From an uncultured virus (IMG/VR IMGVR_UViG_3300015360_000031) (lineage: Duplodnaviria > Heunggongvirae > Uroviricota > Caudoviricetes), in the IMG/VR virus record IMGVR_UViG_3300015360_000031: a DNA stretch of 64,000 bases. One strand, written 5' to 3'. The first letter of the stretch is position 1. Each line of letters begins with the position of its first letter. The position numbers were made by a program, and so were the translations under genes. The notes under the pieces are model-generated. The model saw only the letters and a list, made by a program, of their open reading frames with translations, had not been told where the DNA came from and did not search any database. This document shows positions 9,391 to 19,146 of this stretch, piece after piece.

Positions 9391-10485
9391 ATGCACGTTC
9401 GATACTACGCACCATTCAGGCAACGTTCAGGATTCGGCCAGGCCGCAGACGGTTATGCGCTCGCGTTTGGCACAACAGCCCTCAACGTCACCTACAGCTC
9501 AACCTCAACCTTCGAGGTGTTGCGGGCAGATCGCGATGCCGACAGTGTGGTGATCGTGCATCTTCCACCGATCAGTGCCGGTAAAGTAGGCGCCGCGCTC
9601 GCTGACAGCCTGCACCTAGGCACGCAGCGCCCCATCAAAAGGATCGCGATGACGACGGTCGAGACGCTTGACGTGCCTGATCAGGTGCTGAGTGCGCTCG
9701 CGTGCTTCGATGAGATCTGGGTACCGAGCAAAGTCGCACAGAACGCATTCCTGCCCCCCTACCGCCGACGTGTGCATGTTGTGCCGCATGTCGCGATGGA
9801 GCCGATCATCACCGAATACACGTCGCCCAAGCACCGCCCGTTCCGGTTCTACTGGATCGGTGCGTGGGACCCACGCAAGAATCCGACAGGCATCATCTCC
9901 GCGTTTTACCGGACCTTCGACACGACTGAATCCGTCGAGCTCCACCTACTCACGAACGCCGACGAGGTGCAGCGCACCACCGCACTCGCACGCACTGGAT
10001 TCTCGATCACAAACGGTCAGCGCAATCTCCGCTGGTACGCGCCCGATAATGGGCGATCTATCGTCGAATGGCTGCACATGACCGGCGATTGCTTCGTAAG
10101 CGCGCCGTACGGCGAAGCGTGGAACCTGCCTGCGTTCGAGGCACTACAACACGGACGAATGATCATCACGACCAAAGGCATCGGCAGCGATCAGTACCTC
10201 GCCGGCACCAACGCGATTAGAATCCCAGCACGGCCAACCCCGGCGCAGCTTGGTGTGGACGTTCGCGCGGATGAGGGTGAGCTCGTGTTCGAGACGCTCG
10301 GTGTTGAGGGGCAGAACGTGTGCCAGCGCTGGCTGGATCCCGACCTGATCGCACTCGGGTTGGCAATGCGCCGCGTGTTCACCGCCCGCACGCGAACGAT
10401 CAAAGCAACGTACGACCCGCGCGCGCGCTACAGTCCGGCCGCGATCGGCAAACTCATGGAGCGTCGACTTACATCGTTCCGATGA
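9391..10485 (+). CDS. Glycosyltransferase, GT-B (GT4-like)
   Basis: SGFGQAA, DEIWVPS, WDPRKNP, GDCFVSAPYGEAWNLPAFEA (ExxxxxxxE). Confidence 0.85.
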   Translation: MHVRYYAPFRQRSGFGQAADGYALAFGTTALNVTYSSTSTFEVLRADRDADSVVIVHLPPISAGKVGAALADSLHLGTQRPIKRIAMTTVETLDVPDQVLSALACFDEIWVPSKVAQNAFLPPYRRRVHVVPHVAMEPIITEYTSPKHRPFRFYWIGAWDPRKNPTGIISAFYRTFDTTESVELHLLTNADEVQRTTALARTGFSITNGQRNLRWYAPDNGRSIVEWLHMTGDCFVSAPYGEAWNLPAFEALQHGRMIITTKGIGSDQYLAGTNAIRIPARPTPAQLGVDVRADEGELVFETLGVEGQNVCQRWLDPDLIALGLAMRRVFTARTRTIKATYDPRARYSPAAIGKLMERRLTSFR

Positions 10486-12148
10486 GGCCGATGTAAGGGC
10501 GAATAAAGGGCGAAGCCCCATCGCCGACGTGACTGATCTCGGAGACATGGATTGATACGCCAGGCCGCTCCGCAACCACACCGAGCCCGTGTGTGAAATA
10601 CAGGTACGTAGAGACTGCATTCGTAGCAGCAAGCTGCCATGATACGCCGCCAATACGCGGGGCATTCGCGCCGTTGGAGTTCGCAAGCTCGATCGCGAGT
10701 AGGTAGTCACCGGGTGTGATCGACCATGTGCCAAGGGTCATCGTCATGCGATCGAACCCGGTGACCGACACCGAGCTAAAAGTCTGACTCGCTGAGAACA
10801 CGCGGCTCGCCGTTGAGCCGGCCATTGTGTAAACGGACATGCGCATGCTGACGTCTTCAGAGGCGGTCACGTAGGACGCCATGAGTTCCAGCTGCGTCGC
10901 GTCGATACGATTCGGGAATGCCATACGGAGAAACGTCACGCGAGTCAACGTCGATTGCTGGATCGCCGTGAACGCGCCCGGCACGATGCCGTTGTCGATC
11001 GCACTGATTTGGACCGCAGCTGCACCGGCCGCAACGGATGCTGTGATCGTCTGGCCGTTGATACCGAACGACACACCGTTACCGTTGGCGAACGACGCCG
11101 TGCCACTCGTGATCGTGCCACCAACAGCTGCAATCGCCGCCTGCATTGTCTGCGCGGCGAAAGTTGCGGTTGCCGTCACTGTCGAGCCGTTCAAGCCGAA
11201 CGTGATGTTGTTCGAGTTCGAGAACACGATCGTACCTGCGGTCACCGAACCAGCGGCGTTGATCGCGATCGCGTTGGGTGCGGTCGACTGTGAGTAGCTC
11301 GCCGTGATCCGCGATGAACCGCTCATCCCGAACGTGACGCCATTGCTGTTCGAGAACACGAGCGTGCCCGTCGAGATCGACTGGGTGCCAGCGCTCAGAC
11401 CGAACGGGGTCTCTGCGGCGAAAGTTGCGGTTGCCGTGATCGTCGATCCGTTGAGCCCGAACGAGACGTTGTTCGAGTTCGAGAACACCGTCGCGGCGAT
11501 CGTCGCGGTCGCCGTGATCGTCGACCCGTTGAGCCCGAACGAGACGTTGTTCGAGTTCGAGAACACAGCGGTGCTGAACGACGCGGTGACTTGCGAGCTC
11601 CCTGACATACCCCAGGTGAGGCCGTTGGAGTTCGCGAGCCGCACGACGCCGGTGTCCGCGCTCTGCGTGCCGGCCGAGAACCCGACGCCAGTTGCGGTGC
11701 CGCCCGCGGTCTGCACGCTCGCGGTGAGCGTGTTGCCGACGAAGCCCCACGTGATGCCGCCACCGTTGGAGAACACGACGCTCGGACCCGTTGCAGTGAC
11801 GGTGACGGTGCCACCGATGATCGACCGAATGCCGCCCGCGCCGCCACCGGATCCGCCACCCTGCACGACGAACGGGAACAGCGAGGTCGCGATACCGTTT
11901 GGCAACGGCTCGCTGTCCTCGATCGAGTGCCACAGCTCGCAGTTGATGTTGACTGCGGCATCGGCGCTCGAACCACGCGTCACGGTGACGTTGGTGGCGT
12001 CAGCCGTGATCGTGAAGCCGGCGCCATCCGCTGAGAGCACCCGTGGGACCTTGGCTACCCCATCAATGTTGAGGAGGTGGGGCTGCGCCGAAGGCGCGCC
12101 GACCACAAGACCCGTGAAGCTGAGGATGTTCTTGAGGACGGTTGCCAT
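10469..12148 (-). CDS. Spike/fibre protein 1 with beta-repeat shaft
   Basis: Repeated VFSNSNNVSFGLNGSTITA and GTQSISTGTLVFSNSNGVTFGMSGSS units; poly-Gly hinge; distinct C-terminal head. Confidence 0.7.
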   Translation of the reverse strand: MATVLKNILSFTGLVVGAPSAQPHLLNIDGVAKVPRVLSADGAGFTITADATNVTVTRGSSADAAVNINCELWHSIEDSEPLPNGIATSLFPFVVQGGGSGGGAGGIRSIIGGTVTVTATGPSVVFSNGGGITWGFVGNTLTASVQTAGGTATGVGFSAGTQSADTGVVRLANSNGLTWGMSGSSQVTASFSTAVFSNSNNVSFGLNGSTITATATIAATVFSNSNNVSFGLNGSTITATATFAAETPFGLSAGTQSISTGTLVFSNSNGVTFGMSGSSRITASYSQSTAPNAIAINAAGSVTAGTIVFSNSNNITFGLNGSTVTATATFAAQTMQAAIAAVGGTITSGTASFANGNGVSFGINGQTITASVAAGAAAVQISAIDNGIVPGAFTAIQQSTLTRVTFLRMAFPNRIDATQLELMASYVTASEDVSMRMSVYTMAGSTASRVFSASQTFSSVSVTGFDRMTMTLGTWSITPGDYLLAIELANSNGANAPRIGGVSWQLAATNAVSTYLYFTHGLGVVAERPGVSIHVSEISHVGDGASPFIRPYIGLIGTM

Positions 12149-12199
12149 CCCACGATCAGTAACATGACCCCCCAGTTAGAAGCCAAAACCCTCTACGGA

Positions 12200-12889
12200 C
12201 TAGATCGTGCCGGGCAGCTTGGGCAACGGGTCAGGCGTCCCAGTCACCGAGCCGGGCTTGATCGCCTTGAGCTCAGCCACCCAGTCGATCGTGGTGTTCC
12301 AGTAGTTATTGAACATCCGCTGCTGCACGTCGGGGTGGAACGTGTTGAGGTTCGAGTCGATCGTGGCGTTCGCGCTCACGAGGAAATTGCACTTCGCGTT
12401 GTAGTGATCAAGACCGTTGATCTTGCGCCACTCCTCGACGAGATAGAGGAACGTCTCACCGACGATGAAACGCTGATGCGTCGGATCTTGGAAGCCGCGG
12501 TTGCTACGTGCGCTTGGGGCGATGATCGAAGCGAAACCGTCGGGCACGAGGATGCGCCAGACCTCATCGAAGAACGCAAAGAACGGGTTCTGCTCGCGAC
12601 CGTCAGCGGTGATCACCATCGGGTAGTGCGGGATGTGCTCGATGTAGTGCGAGCAGTGGATCGCGGAGACGCTGTTATCCTCGAACGGCCACGGGAACTT
12701 CTGGAGGTTGACCTGATGCTGCGCACCCGGCCAGATGTCGACGCCCTCGAAGCCTTCACGCGGGCGCTGGCCTGCTCCGAGGTCGAGCTTGCGTGTGACC
12801 GGGGGTCGCGCCATCACCGGAGCCGCGGGCGCAGGGAGTGCATGTTGTGGTTGCCGAGGAGTGGGTTTCTTTGCCTTCGCCATGTTCAT
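12200..12889 (-). CDS. SAM-dependent methyltransferase
   Basis: KLDLGAG motif I, PWPFEDNSV, SHYIEHI, FFDEVWRILVPDG, DPTH. Confidence 0.85.
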   Translation of the reverse strand: MNMAKAKKPTPRQPQHALPAPAAPVMARPPVTRKLDLGAGQRPREGFEGVDIWPGAQHQVNLQKFPWPFEDNSVSAIHCSHYIEHIPHYPMVITADGREQNPFFAFFDEVWRILVPDGFASIIAPSARSNRGFQDPTHQRFIVGETFLYLVEEWRKINGLDHYNAKCNFLVSANATIDSNLNTFHPDVQQRMFNNYWNTTIDWVAELKAIKPGSVTGTPDPLPKLPGTI

Positions 12890-13938
12890 GCACCCTTCTG
12901 ATCGAGGTAGAGCCAGCGACGGTTCTCGTCGCGGAGAAACCATCGCACCGTGCGCGCGAGGCTCTCTTCGGTGTTGAGCGGTTGCTTCCAACCCATCCCG
13001 CGGATCATCGAATCGTCGAGCGCGTAGCGCAGGTCGTGACCTGGCCGCGAGCTGTGGAAGTCGACGAGCTCGTAGTTGAGCGGCTTGCCGACGATCTCGG
13101 CGATCATCAGAGCGAGCTGCGCGTTCGAGATCTCGCGCTCACCCGAGACGTGGATCTTGAGCGGCAGTTGCAACGTAGATGAGAGGCCAAGGCGCCCGTC
13201 GTGCTCGATCAGCCACGTGATCGCGCTCGCGTAGTTCCGACAGTGGATGTAGAACCGCGTGCCCGATCGAGTCTTGGTCGGGTCAGCATGGATCTGCACC
13301 TGCTCGCCGCTGAGTGCGCGCCGGATGACGAGCGGAATGTACTTCTCGGGGTGCTGGCGCTCGCCGTAGAGGTTCATCGTGTTGACGATCGTGATCGGCA
13401 GCTTGTACGTGTTCGCGTACGCCATGCCAACCGCCTCGCCGCCAGCCTTCGCCGCCGCGTACGGGTTCGCGGGGCGAAACATATCGGTCTCGACGTTGCC
13501 GGTCGACTCCCAGCTCGCGGGGCCGTACACCTCGTCGGTGGAGACCAGGAAGATCCGCTTGGGCATCTTGCGCGCCGATCGCGCCCACCACAGCAGATGA
13601 TGCGTACCGAGCACGTTCGACTTGAGGAACGGCAACGGATCGACGATCGAGTTGTCGACGTGCGTCTCAGCCGCCGCGTGGATCACGTAGTCGACGTCGC
13701 TGATCTCGTGTGCGACGCCTTCAGGGATCGGCTGAGACAGATCGCACCCCAGTATGTGGACTCGGCCGCCCGCGGTCAGGTTCGGATTGCTGTTGGTGAT
13801 GTCACGGAGCCGATCGAAACCGGCACTCGCGTACGTGAGCTTGTCGAGGATGACGAGCTCAGCGTCCGTGGTTTTGAGGAGATGTTCGACGAGGTGCGAG
13901 CCGAGAAACCCACAACCCCCTGTGATGAGGATTCGCAT
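12886..13938 (-). CDS. rmlB: dTDP-glucose 4,6-dehydratase-like NAD-dependent epimerase/dehydratase
   Basis: ITGGCGFLGS, DKLTYA, HAAAETHVDNSI, STDEVYG, PYAAAK, RPGHDLRY. Confidence 0.85.
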   Translation of the reverse strand: MRILITGGCGFLGSHLVEHLLKTTDAELVILDKLTYASAGFDRLRDITNSNPNLTAGGRVHILGCDLSQPIPEGVAHEISDVDYVIHAAAETHVDNSIVDPLPFLKSNVLGTHHLLWWARSARKMPKRIFLVSTDEVYGPASWESTGNVETDMFRPANPYAAAKAGGEAVGMAYANTYKLPITIVNTMNLYGERQHPEKYIPLVIRRALSGEQVQIHADPTKTRSGTRFYIHCRNYASAITWLIEHDGRLGLSSTLQLPLKIHVSGEREISNAQLALMIAEIVGKPLNYELVDFHSSRPGHDLRYALDDSMIRGMGWKQPLNTEESLARTVRWFLRDENRRWLYLDQKGA

Positions 13939-13947
13939 GTACGTCGC

Positions 13948-13970
13948 ACCCTACGACGTGGGGCTGACAG
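13948..13970 (-). promoter_or_regulatory. Viral promoter motif copy
   Basis: CTGTCAGCCCCACGTCG-TAGGGT, 9 nt before ATG 13938. Confidence 0.75.
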
Positions 13971-13971
13971 G

Positions 13972-14832
13972 CTAGTAGACGATCCCCGATCCGAGATCAA
14001 GGTGTCCGACCCGCACGCGCATGTCGACGGCGAACCGCTTGCCGCGCTCCTTGGCGTGCTTGCAGAAGTAGAGATCCTGCGTGAACCCGACGGGCGCACC
14101 GTTCACGATGTCGGCAACCGTGACGAACCACGGTGGCTCAACCTCGCGGAACAGGCCCATCCGGTAGAGCGAGCAGCCCATCGCGATCCCGTTCACCTCC
14201 ATCACGTGGCCGCTCGCGAGCGCGTTCCGGACATCACGCGGCTCGAACTTGAGCACCCCAGTGCGGCGGTACTCGTCCGGATCGCCGTACGCCATCGGCA
14301 TGTTGATGTCGCCTTTGGTCCAGTAGAGCCCGGAGACGCCATCGAAGTTGTACTGATCGATCGTTTCGAGCAACCGAAGATGCGCGTCGGGTGGCGGAAG
14401 GTTGTCCGACTCCAACGTCATGATGTACTTCCACGTCGACAACTCCTTGTCGGCGAGGATGTTCCTGATCGTGTTCGTGTACGCGACCCCGACCTCATCG
14501 CCAACAACGATGAACTTCGCGCGCTTCTGGTTCATCGGTGCGATCAACGCCTCCCACGCGGAGAGCACGCGGTGATGGATCATCGGGTCGCGCGTCGGGA
14601 TGATGATGATCGTGCTCGTGTCTTTGTACGTGCTACCTGACACGATCTGCACGCGATCGAAGCCGAGCCCATCGCTGAGCTTGGCCTCCACCTGATCGAT
14701 CGAGACCAAGCCCCGGTTGTCTGGGGTGACGGGCGGCAGCACGGTCTGCATCACCGCAGGCTGAGGACTGGTGGCGCGCGAGCTCGCGGCCTTCGCTGCT
14801 TTGATCGCCTTCGTGCTCGTGCGCTTCTTCAT
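13972..14832 (-). CDS. Glycosyltransferase, GT-A-like
   Basis: IIIIPTR, MTLESDN (DxD-like), GIAMGCSL, TQDLYFC, VRVGH. Confidence 0.75.
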   Translation of the reverse strand: MKKRTSTKAIKAAKAASSRATSPQPAVMQTVLPPVTPDNRGLVSIDQVEAKLSDGLGFDRVQIVSGSTYKDTSTIIIIPTRDPMIHHRVLSAWEALIAPMNQKRAKFIVVGDEVGVAYTNTIRNILADKELSTWKYIMTLESDNLPPPDAHLRLLETIDQYNFDGVSGLYWTKGDINMPMAYGDPDEYRRTGVLKFEPRDVRNALASGHVMEVNGIAMGCSLYRMGLFREVEPPWFVTVADIVNGAPVGFTQDLYFCKHAKERGKRFAVDMRVRVGHLDLGSGIVY

Positions 14833-14840
14833 GACCACGC

Positions 14841-14863
14841 ACGGTAGCGCGTGGGGCTGACAG
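14841..14863 (-). promoter_or_regulatory. Viral promoter motif copy
   Basis: CTGTCAGCCCCACGCGC-TACCGT, 8 nt before ATG 14832. Confidence 0.75.
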
Positions 14864-14869
14864 GCTGTA

Positions 14870-15361
14870 CTAGCCGAGGTATGAGCGCTGGCGAATCGGA
14901 CGGACCTTCCACGTCACCGCCACCACCTCACTGATCGAGATTGCGCCGAAGATGCCACCGACGGATAGCTTGTCGTAGTTCGCCGCGTACGAGACGATCT
15001 GCGCGAAGCCGACCGTCGCCGAGATCACCGGAAGCTGCGGCATGACCCCGCCGAGCGGGTAGCCGAGCACGCCGAGCAGGTACTTGCCGACACCATCGAT
15101 CTCACCGAACAGCCCGATCGCCTGTGCGATCGAGCCGTTACCGATCGTCACAAGTGCCGTACCGAACGCCTCGACCACGATCGCGCTGTATGGTGACGAG
15201 CCCGCCGCTGTTTTCCAGGCACCAACGCCTGTGTAGACGCCAGCGAGCCCGCCGCCGAGCTCCAAGGCACCCGGAGCAATTGCGAGCGTGATGATCTGAT
15301 CCAGCTCAGCAGCACCGGCCGCGGTCTGCGTCGCGCGTGGGAATCGAGTGTCGATCGGCAT
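14870..15361 (-). CDS. Beta-rich putative virion (vertex-associated?) protein
   Basis: Gly/Ala/Val-rich, downstream of spike 2; start follows TGG-TAGCTT by 6 nt. Confidence 0.6.
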   Translation of the reverse strand: MPIDTRFPRATQTAAGAAELDQIITLAIAPGALELGGGLAGVYTGVGAWKTAAGSSPYSAIVVEAFGTALVTIGNGSIAQAIGLFGEIDGVGKYLLGVLGYPLGGVMPQLPVISATVGFAQIVSYAANYDKLSVGGIFGAISISEVVAVTWKVRPIRQRSYLG

Positions 15362-15398
15362 GGCTTGAAGCTACCACCGTCGCCGCCCCCAAAACCGA

Positions 15399-17075
15399 TC
15401 AGATTGTCCCGGCAAACCCGATGTACACGCGGCACGCAACGACGCCAGCGCCGCCGGTGACTTGAGAGATCACAAACGAATCAGCCGAAAGCCCAGTAAG
15501 CGCACCATCCCGGAAAGCTGGGAACGTACTCTGATACCCCAGCGAAACGATACCACGGGGGAACATAAACAGCCCCGCGCCCTGGCTACCTCCAAGCCCA
15601 ACCATGTATTCACCCGCCGTCAACGTCCACGCGCCGATCGAAAACGATATCAGACTTGCAGTGCTTGATGCGGCCTGCTGTGGCGCCACAGTGAATGACC
15701 CCATTGATGAAGCCATCGACGCCGTAGATCCACCCATCGTGTAGATGCGCGGGTACAACGTATACGTATTCCCGGCGTTTTGACCGGCAACGAAGAGATC
15801 CATCCGGGTCGCAGTCATGTTGAACGGGATGAGAATCCGTTGCACGAACGCCTGGCCCGCCGCAACGTATATAGATGCGTCTGAATGTTGGGCAGGAAGG
15901 GCACCGTTATCCCAAAACCTGACTGTAGGTGCACCTGCGGCGACGGTAACGCTCGCCGTGATCGTCGATCCGTTGAGCCCGAACGTGACGTTGTTGCTGT
16001 TCGAGAACACGACCGTGCCTGCCGTGACGGATCCGGCTGCGTTGATCGCGATCGCATTGGGTGCGGTCGACTGCGAGTAGCTCGCCGTGATCCGCGAGCT
16101 CCCCGACATCCCGAACGTGACGCCGTTCGAGTTCGAGAACACCATCGTGCCAGTCGAGATGCTCTGCGTGCCGGCCGAGATGCCGAACGGGGCCCCTGCG
16201 GCGACGGTAACGCTCGCCGTGATCGTCGATCCGTTGAGCCCGAATGTGACGTTGTTGCTGTTCGAGAACACCGTCGCGGCGACGGTAACGCTCGCCGTGA
16301 TCGTCGATCCGTTGAGCCCGAACGAGACGTTGTTCGAGTTCGAGAACACCGCGGTGCCGGCTGTGACGGACCCAGCTGCGTTGATCGCGATCGCATTGGG
16401 CGCGGTCGACTGCGAGTAGCTTGCCGTGATCCGCGATGAGCCCGACATCCCGAACGTGACACCGTTCGAGTTCGAGAACACCATCGTGCCCGTCGAGATC
16501 GACTGAGTGCCGGCCGAGATGCCAAACGGAGTCTCAGCTGTTGCGACGACGGTAACAGAAGCGGTCAGCGTCGATCCGTTGAGCCCGAACGTGACGTTGT
16601 TCGAGTTCGAGAACACGACGGACGAGAAGCTCGCCGTCACGCGAGACGAGCCTGACATCCCGAACGTGACGCCGTTCGAGTTCGAGAACACGAGGGTTCC
16701 CGTCGAGATCGACTGAGTGCCAGCTGAGAGGCCGAACGGCGTCTCTACCGCGGCTGCGATGCTCGCTGTGATCGTACCGGCGTTGTAGCCGAACGAGACA
16801 CCACCGCCATTCGCGAACGAGACGGTGCCCGTGCTCTGTGAGCCACCCGCGGCACTGAGCGCGAACGGCGTCTGCACGAAGCTCGCGCTTGCAGTGATCG
16901 TGCTTCCGTTGAGCCCGAACGAGACGTTGTTCGAGTTCGAGAACACCACGGTGCCAGTCGCCAGCGTCGTGCCCGGCACAGCAAGGCCGATCCCGGCATC
17001 TGACACGGTACTGCCGCCACCGCCGCCACCACCGACGCTGGGGATGAACGCCTGGCCATCGAGGAAGTTGGGCAT
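15399..17075 (-). CDS. Spike/fibre protein 2 with beta-repeat shaft
   Basis: Same FSNSNxVxFG repeats as spike 1 (about 10 units); N-terminal poly-Gly; divergent but related head. Confidence 0.7.
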   Translation of the reverse strand: MPNFLDGQAFIPSVGGGGGGGSTVSDAGIGLAVPGTTLATGTVVFSNSNNVSFGLNGSTITASASFVQTPFALSAAGGSQSTGTVSFANGGGVSFGYNAGTITASIAAAVETPFGLSAGTQSISTGTLVFSNSNGVTFGMSGSSRVTASFSSVVFSNSNNVTFGLNGSTLTASVTVVATAETPFGISAGTQSISTGTMVFSNSNGVTFGMSGSSRITASYSQSTAPNAIAINAAGSVTAGTAVFSNSNNVSFGLNGSTITASVTVAATVFSNSNNVTFGLNGSTITASVTVAAGAPFGISAGTQSISTGTMVFSNSNGVTFGMSGSSRITASYSQSTAPNAIAINAAGSVTAGTVVFSNSNNVTFGLNGSTITASVTVAAGAPTVRFWDNGALPAQHSDASIYVAAGQAFVQRILIPFNMTATRMDLFVAGQNAGNTYTLYPRIYTMGGSTASMASSMGSFTVAPQQAASSTASLISFSIGAWTLTAGEYMVGLGGSQGAGLFMFPRGIVSLGYQSTFPAFRDGALTGLSADSFVISQVTGGAGVVACRVYIGFAGTI

Positions 17076-17086
17076 TCAATGATCCT

Positions 17087-17596
17087 TTACGCGCTTGCGC
17101 GATCGCGCTGCTTCCACTGCTTGTGTGCCCACATGAACCCGATCCCCGCGAGGATGCCAAGCCCGAGCTTCTGCCAAGTCGCGAGGTTCTTCCACGCAGC
17201 CATGAGCGACGTGCTGACCCCGGCGCCCGGCACGACTGGCATCATCGCGTTGGTCATGTTGGTCATGATGCTGACCGCCGAGTTCCTGATCGGTGGCAAC
17301 ACCTGCGGCAACTTCAGCAGCTGCGCGGCGTAGTTGAGGAAACCGGCGAGCGGCCCCGCATTGACCGCGAGCACCGGTATGCTCGTCGTCGTCTTGGCCG
17401 CGAACATCGCCGCCTGATCGGAGACCGACTCTGGGATCGCGTCATCGGTGATGACGGAGAGGAAATCGAGCGCGCGACGTGCACCGAGCAACGTCTGCGT
17501 GCCGACCACACCATCGACGGCAACCTTCGCATAGCCCGCAGGCACGGCGAACCGGTTGATCGCGCTCTGTAGGGATACGGCGTTCGTGTCGGCCAT
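17087..17596 (-). CDS. Membrane-anchored protein with PG-binding-like N-terminus
   Basis: LQSAIN...AVDGVVGTQT; C-terminal TM then basic tail. Confidence 0.6.
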   Translation of the reverse strand: MADTNAVSLQSAINRFAVPAGYAKVAVDGVVGTQTLLGARRALDFLSVITDDAIPESVSDQAAMFAAKTTTSIPVLAVNAGPLAGFLNYAAQLLKLPQVLPPIRNSAVSIMTNMTNAMMPVVPGAGVSTSLMAAWKNLATWQKLGLGILAGIGFMWAHKQWKQRDRASA

Positions 17597-17639
17597 CTTG
17601 GTTCGACCGTATCACCACTCCTGGGTTACCGTTCCACCT

Positions 17640-18572
17640 ATGAGTTGTTACCCCTGGTGGCACACGTCGATGTCTGCGTTTGCGGGGCAGGCTTGGGCCA
17701 AAACGATCGTCCCCTCGGGTTGCAGCATCGACGAGACCGGCAACATCCCGTGCACCCCAAGCTCGATGCGCGCCACCGCGGAGAAGTGGCTGGCGTTGAA
17801 CGTGCCCGCGATGCTGACGCTGATCGGCGGCAAGCTCGATCAGACCGTCTACACGTTCGCACGCTACATGCACAGCGAGGTCGGCTCGGGCACGATCGAG
17901 GAGCGTGTTGCTGTAGGTGAGGCCGCGATCAATCAAGCCAAGTCGCGCGCCGGGGCTCTCGGTGACTGGATCTCGAAGCTCAACACGATGCTGACCCCGA
18001 ACGGCAAGTACGGCGCGATTCACGCCCCGGCCGCGTACTGCGCAGCGCTCGGCACCTGCGGTACCGCCTGCAACTGCGCGGGTCGCTGGGCAGCAACGAC
18101 GCGTGATCCGTCCGTGCTTGCGATCGTCCTCGCGAATCTTGTCGTCTCTGGGGGTAGCGGTGGCTTCGCGCGGGGCGCGATGACGCAATGGGGTCCTGAG
18201 TACCTGGAGAACACCAACGGCTCGCGCATGGGTACCGGCACGACCCGAGCTCGTGTCGAGAACTTCGTGCGCTACGCTGCGTCATCAAAGGGCGGACGTT
18301 ACTTCTGGATCGGCCCGCTCGCGGGTGTGGATCCATGGCACACGTGGCTCGCAGGGAAGAAGCTACCGATCGGTGTCAACGCAGAGACCGCGATCCAGTA
18401 CGGGATCGAAGGGCTCGCGCTCGCCGCTGATGGCCGACCAAGCCGTCCGCTATGGCCGAAGGATCTGCCGATCTGCGGTAAGCCGATGTCTGGGGGCGGC
18501 GCAGCGCTCGCGCTCCTGCTCGGGATCGGCGTCGGTGCGTGGGCGTTTCGTCGGTTCGGCGAACCTCGATGA
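17640..18572 (+). CDS. Membrane-anchored cell-wall-hydrolase-like (SleB-like) virion protein
   Basis: FARYMHSEVG...ERVAVGEAAIN resembles Hydrolase_2; Cys-rich; C-terminal TM; ATG follows TACCGT by 7 nt. Confidence 0.5.
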   Translation: MSCYPWWHTSMSAFAGQAWAKTIVPSGCSIDETGNIPCTPSSMRATAEKWLALNVPAMLTLIGGKLDQTVYTFARYMHSEVGSGTIEERVAVGEAAINQAKSRAGALGDWISKLNTMLTPNGKYGAIHAPAAYCAALGTCGTACNCAGRWAATTRDPSVLAIVLANLVVSGGSGGFARGAMTQWGPEYLENTNGSRMGTGTTRARVENFVRYAASSKGGRYFWIGPLAGVDPWHTWLAGKKLPIGVNAETAIQYGIEGLALAADGRPSRPLWPKDLPICGKPMSGGGAALALLLGIGVGAWAFRRFGEPR

Positions 18573-18800
18573 GCGACGCCCTGACCGTCATCGTGGTGCT
18601 GTTCCTCGCCGCCGTGTCGTTTGCCGCGATCACAGTGAACTGGCCCAAACCCCCGCAGCCATAGTAGCCTCGTGGGTATGTCTCGGAGGCCCCCTCCCCC
18701 ACCAAAGACTTGCTGCACGCGTCCGGTCATCCGGCCGGCGGTTCAGCCGACGCGACCGGTCAAACCGGTGCGCACCGTCCACCGCTGAAAGGAATCCGTC

Positions 18801-19070
18801 ATGGCTCGAAAGAAGAAGCGCTCGTCCTCCGCGTGCCGCACCGCGAACATCAAGTTCAAGACCAAGCGTGGCAAGGTCATCACATTCAAGGGTCACAGCG
18901 GCAACGGCTGCGCCCCGCGCCCCAAGCCGAGCACAGCGCACCTGCGTCCGTACAAGACCGAGTTCGCTCGGCAGGCGAGGGCGTGCAAGGGCAAGACGCG
19001 CGGAGCGTTCCTGTCGTGCATGAGCCGCATGAAGCCGAAGCGCGGCTCGCGGCTGCTACCCGCGCGCTGA
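18801..19070 (+). CDS. Small highly basic protein (DNA-condensing/core candidate)
   Basis: K/R-rich, four Cys; AAAGGA RBS; followed by a terminator. Confidence 0.65.
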   Translation: MARKKKRSSSACRTANIKFKTKRGKVITFKGHSGNGCAPRPKPSTAHLRPYKTEFARQARACKGKTRGAFLSCMSRMKPKRGSRLLPAR

Positions 19071-19102
19071 TCTTTCCGATCTACCGCCGGTAGTGTGGAT
19101 GC

Positions 19103-19142
19103 GGGGCCGTCGAGGATGAACCCTCGGCGGCCTCAGTTTTTT
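19103..19142 (+). terminator. Rho-independent terminator
   Basis: GGGGCCGTCGAGG-loop-CCTCGGCGGCCTC followed by a T tract. Confidence 0.75.
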
Positions 19143-19146
19143 CGCG

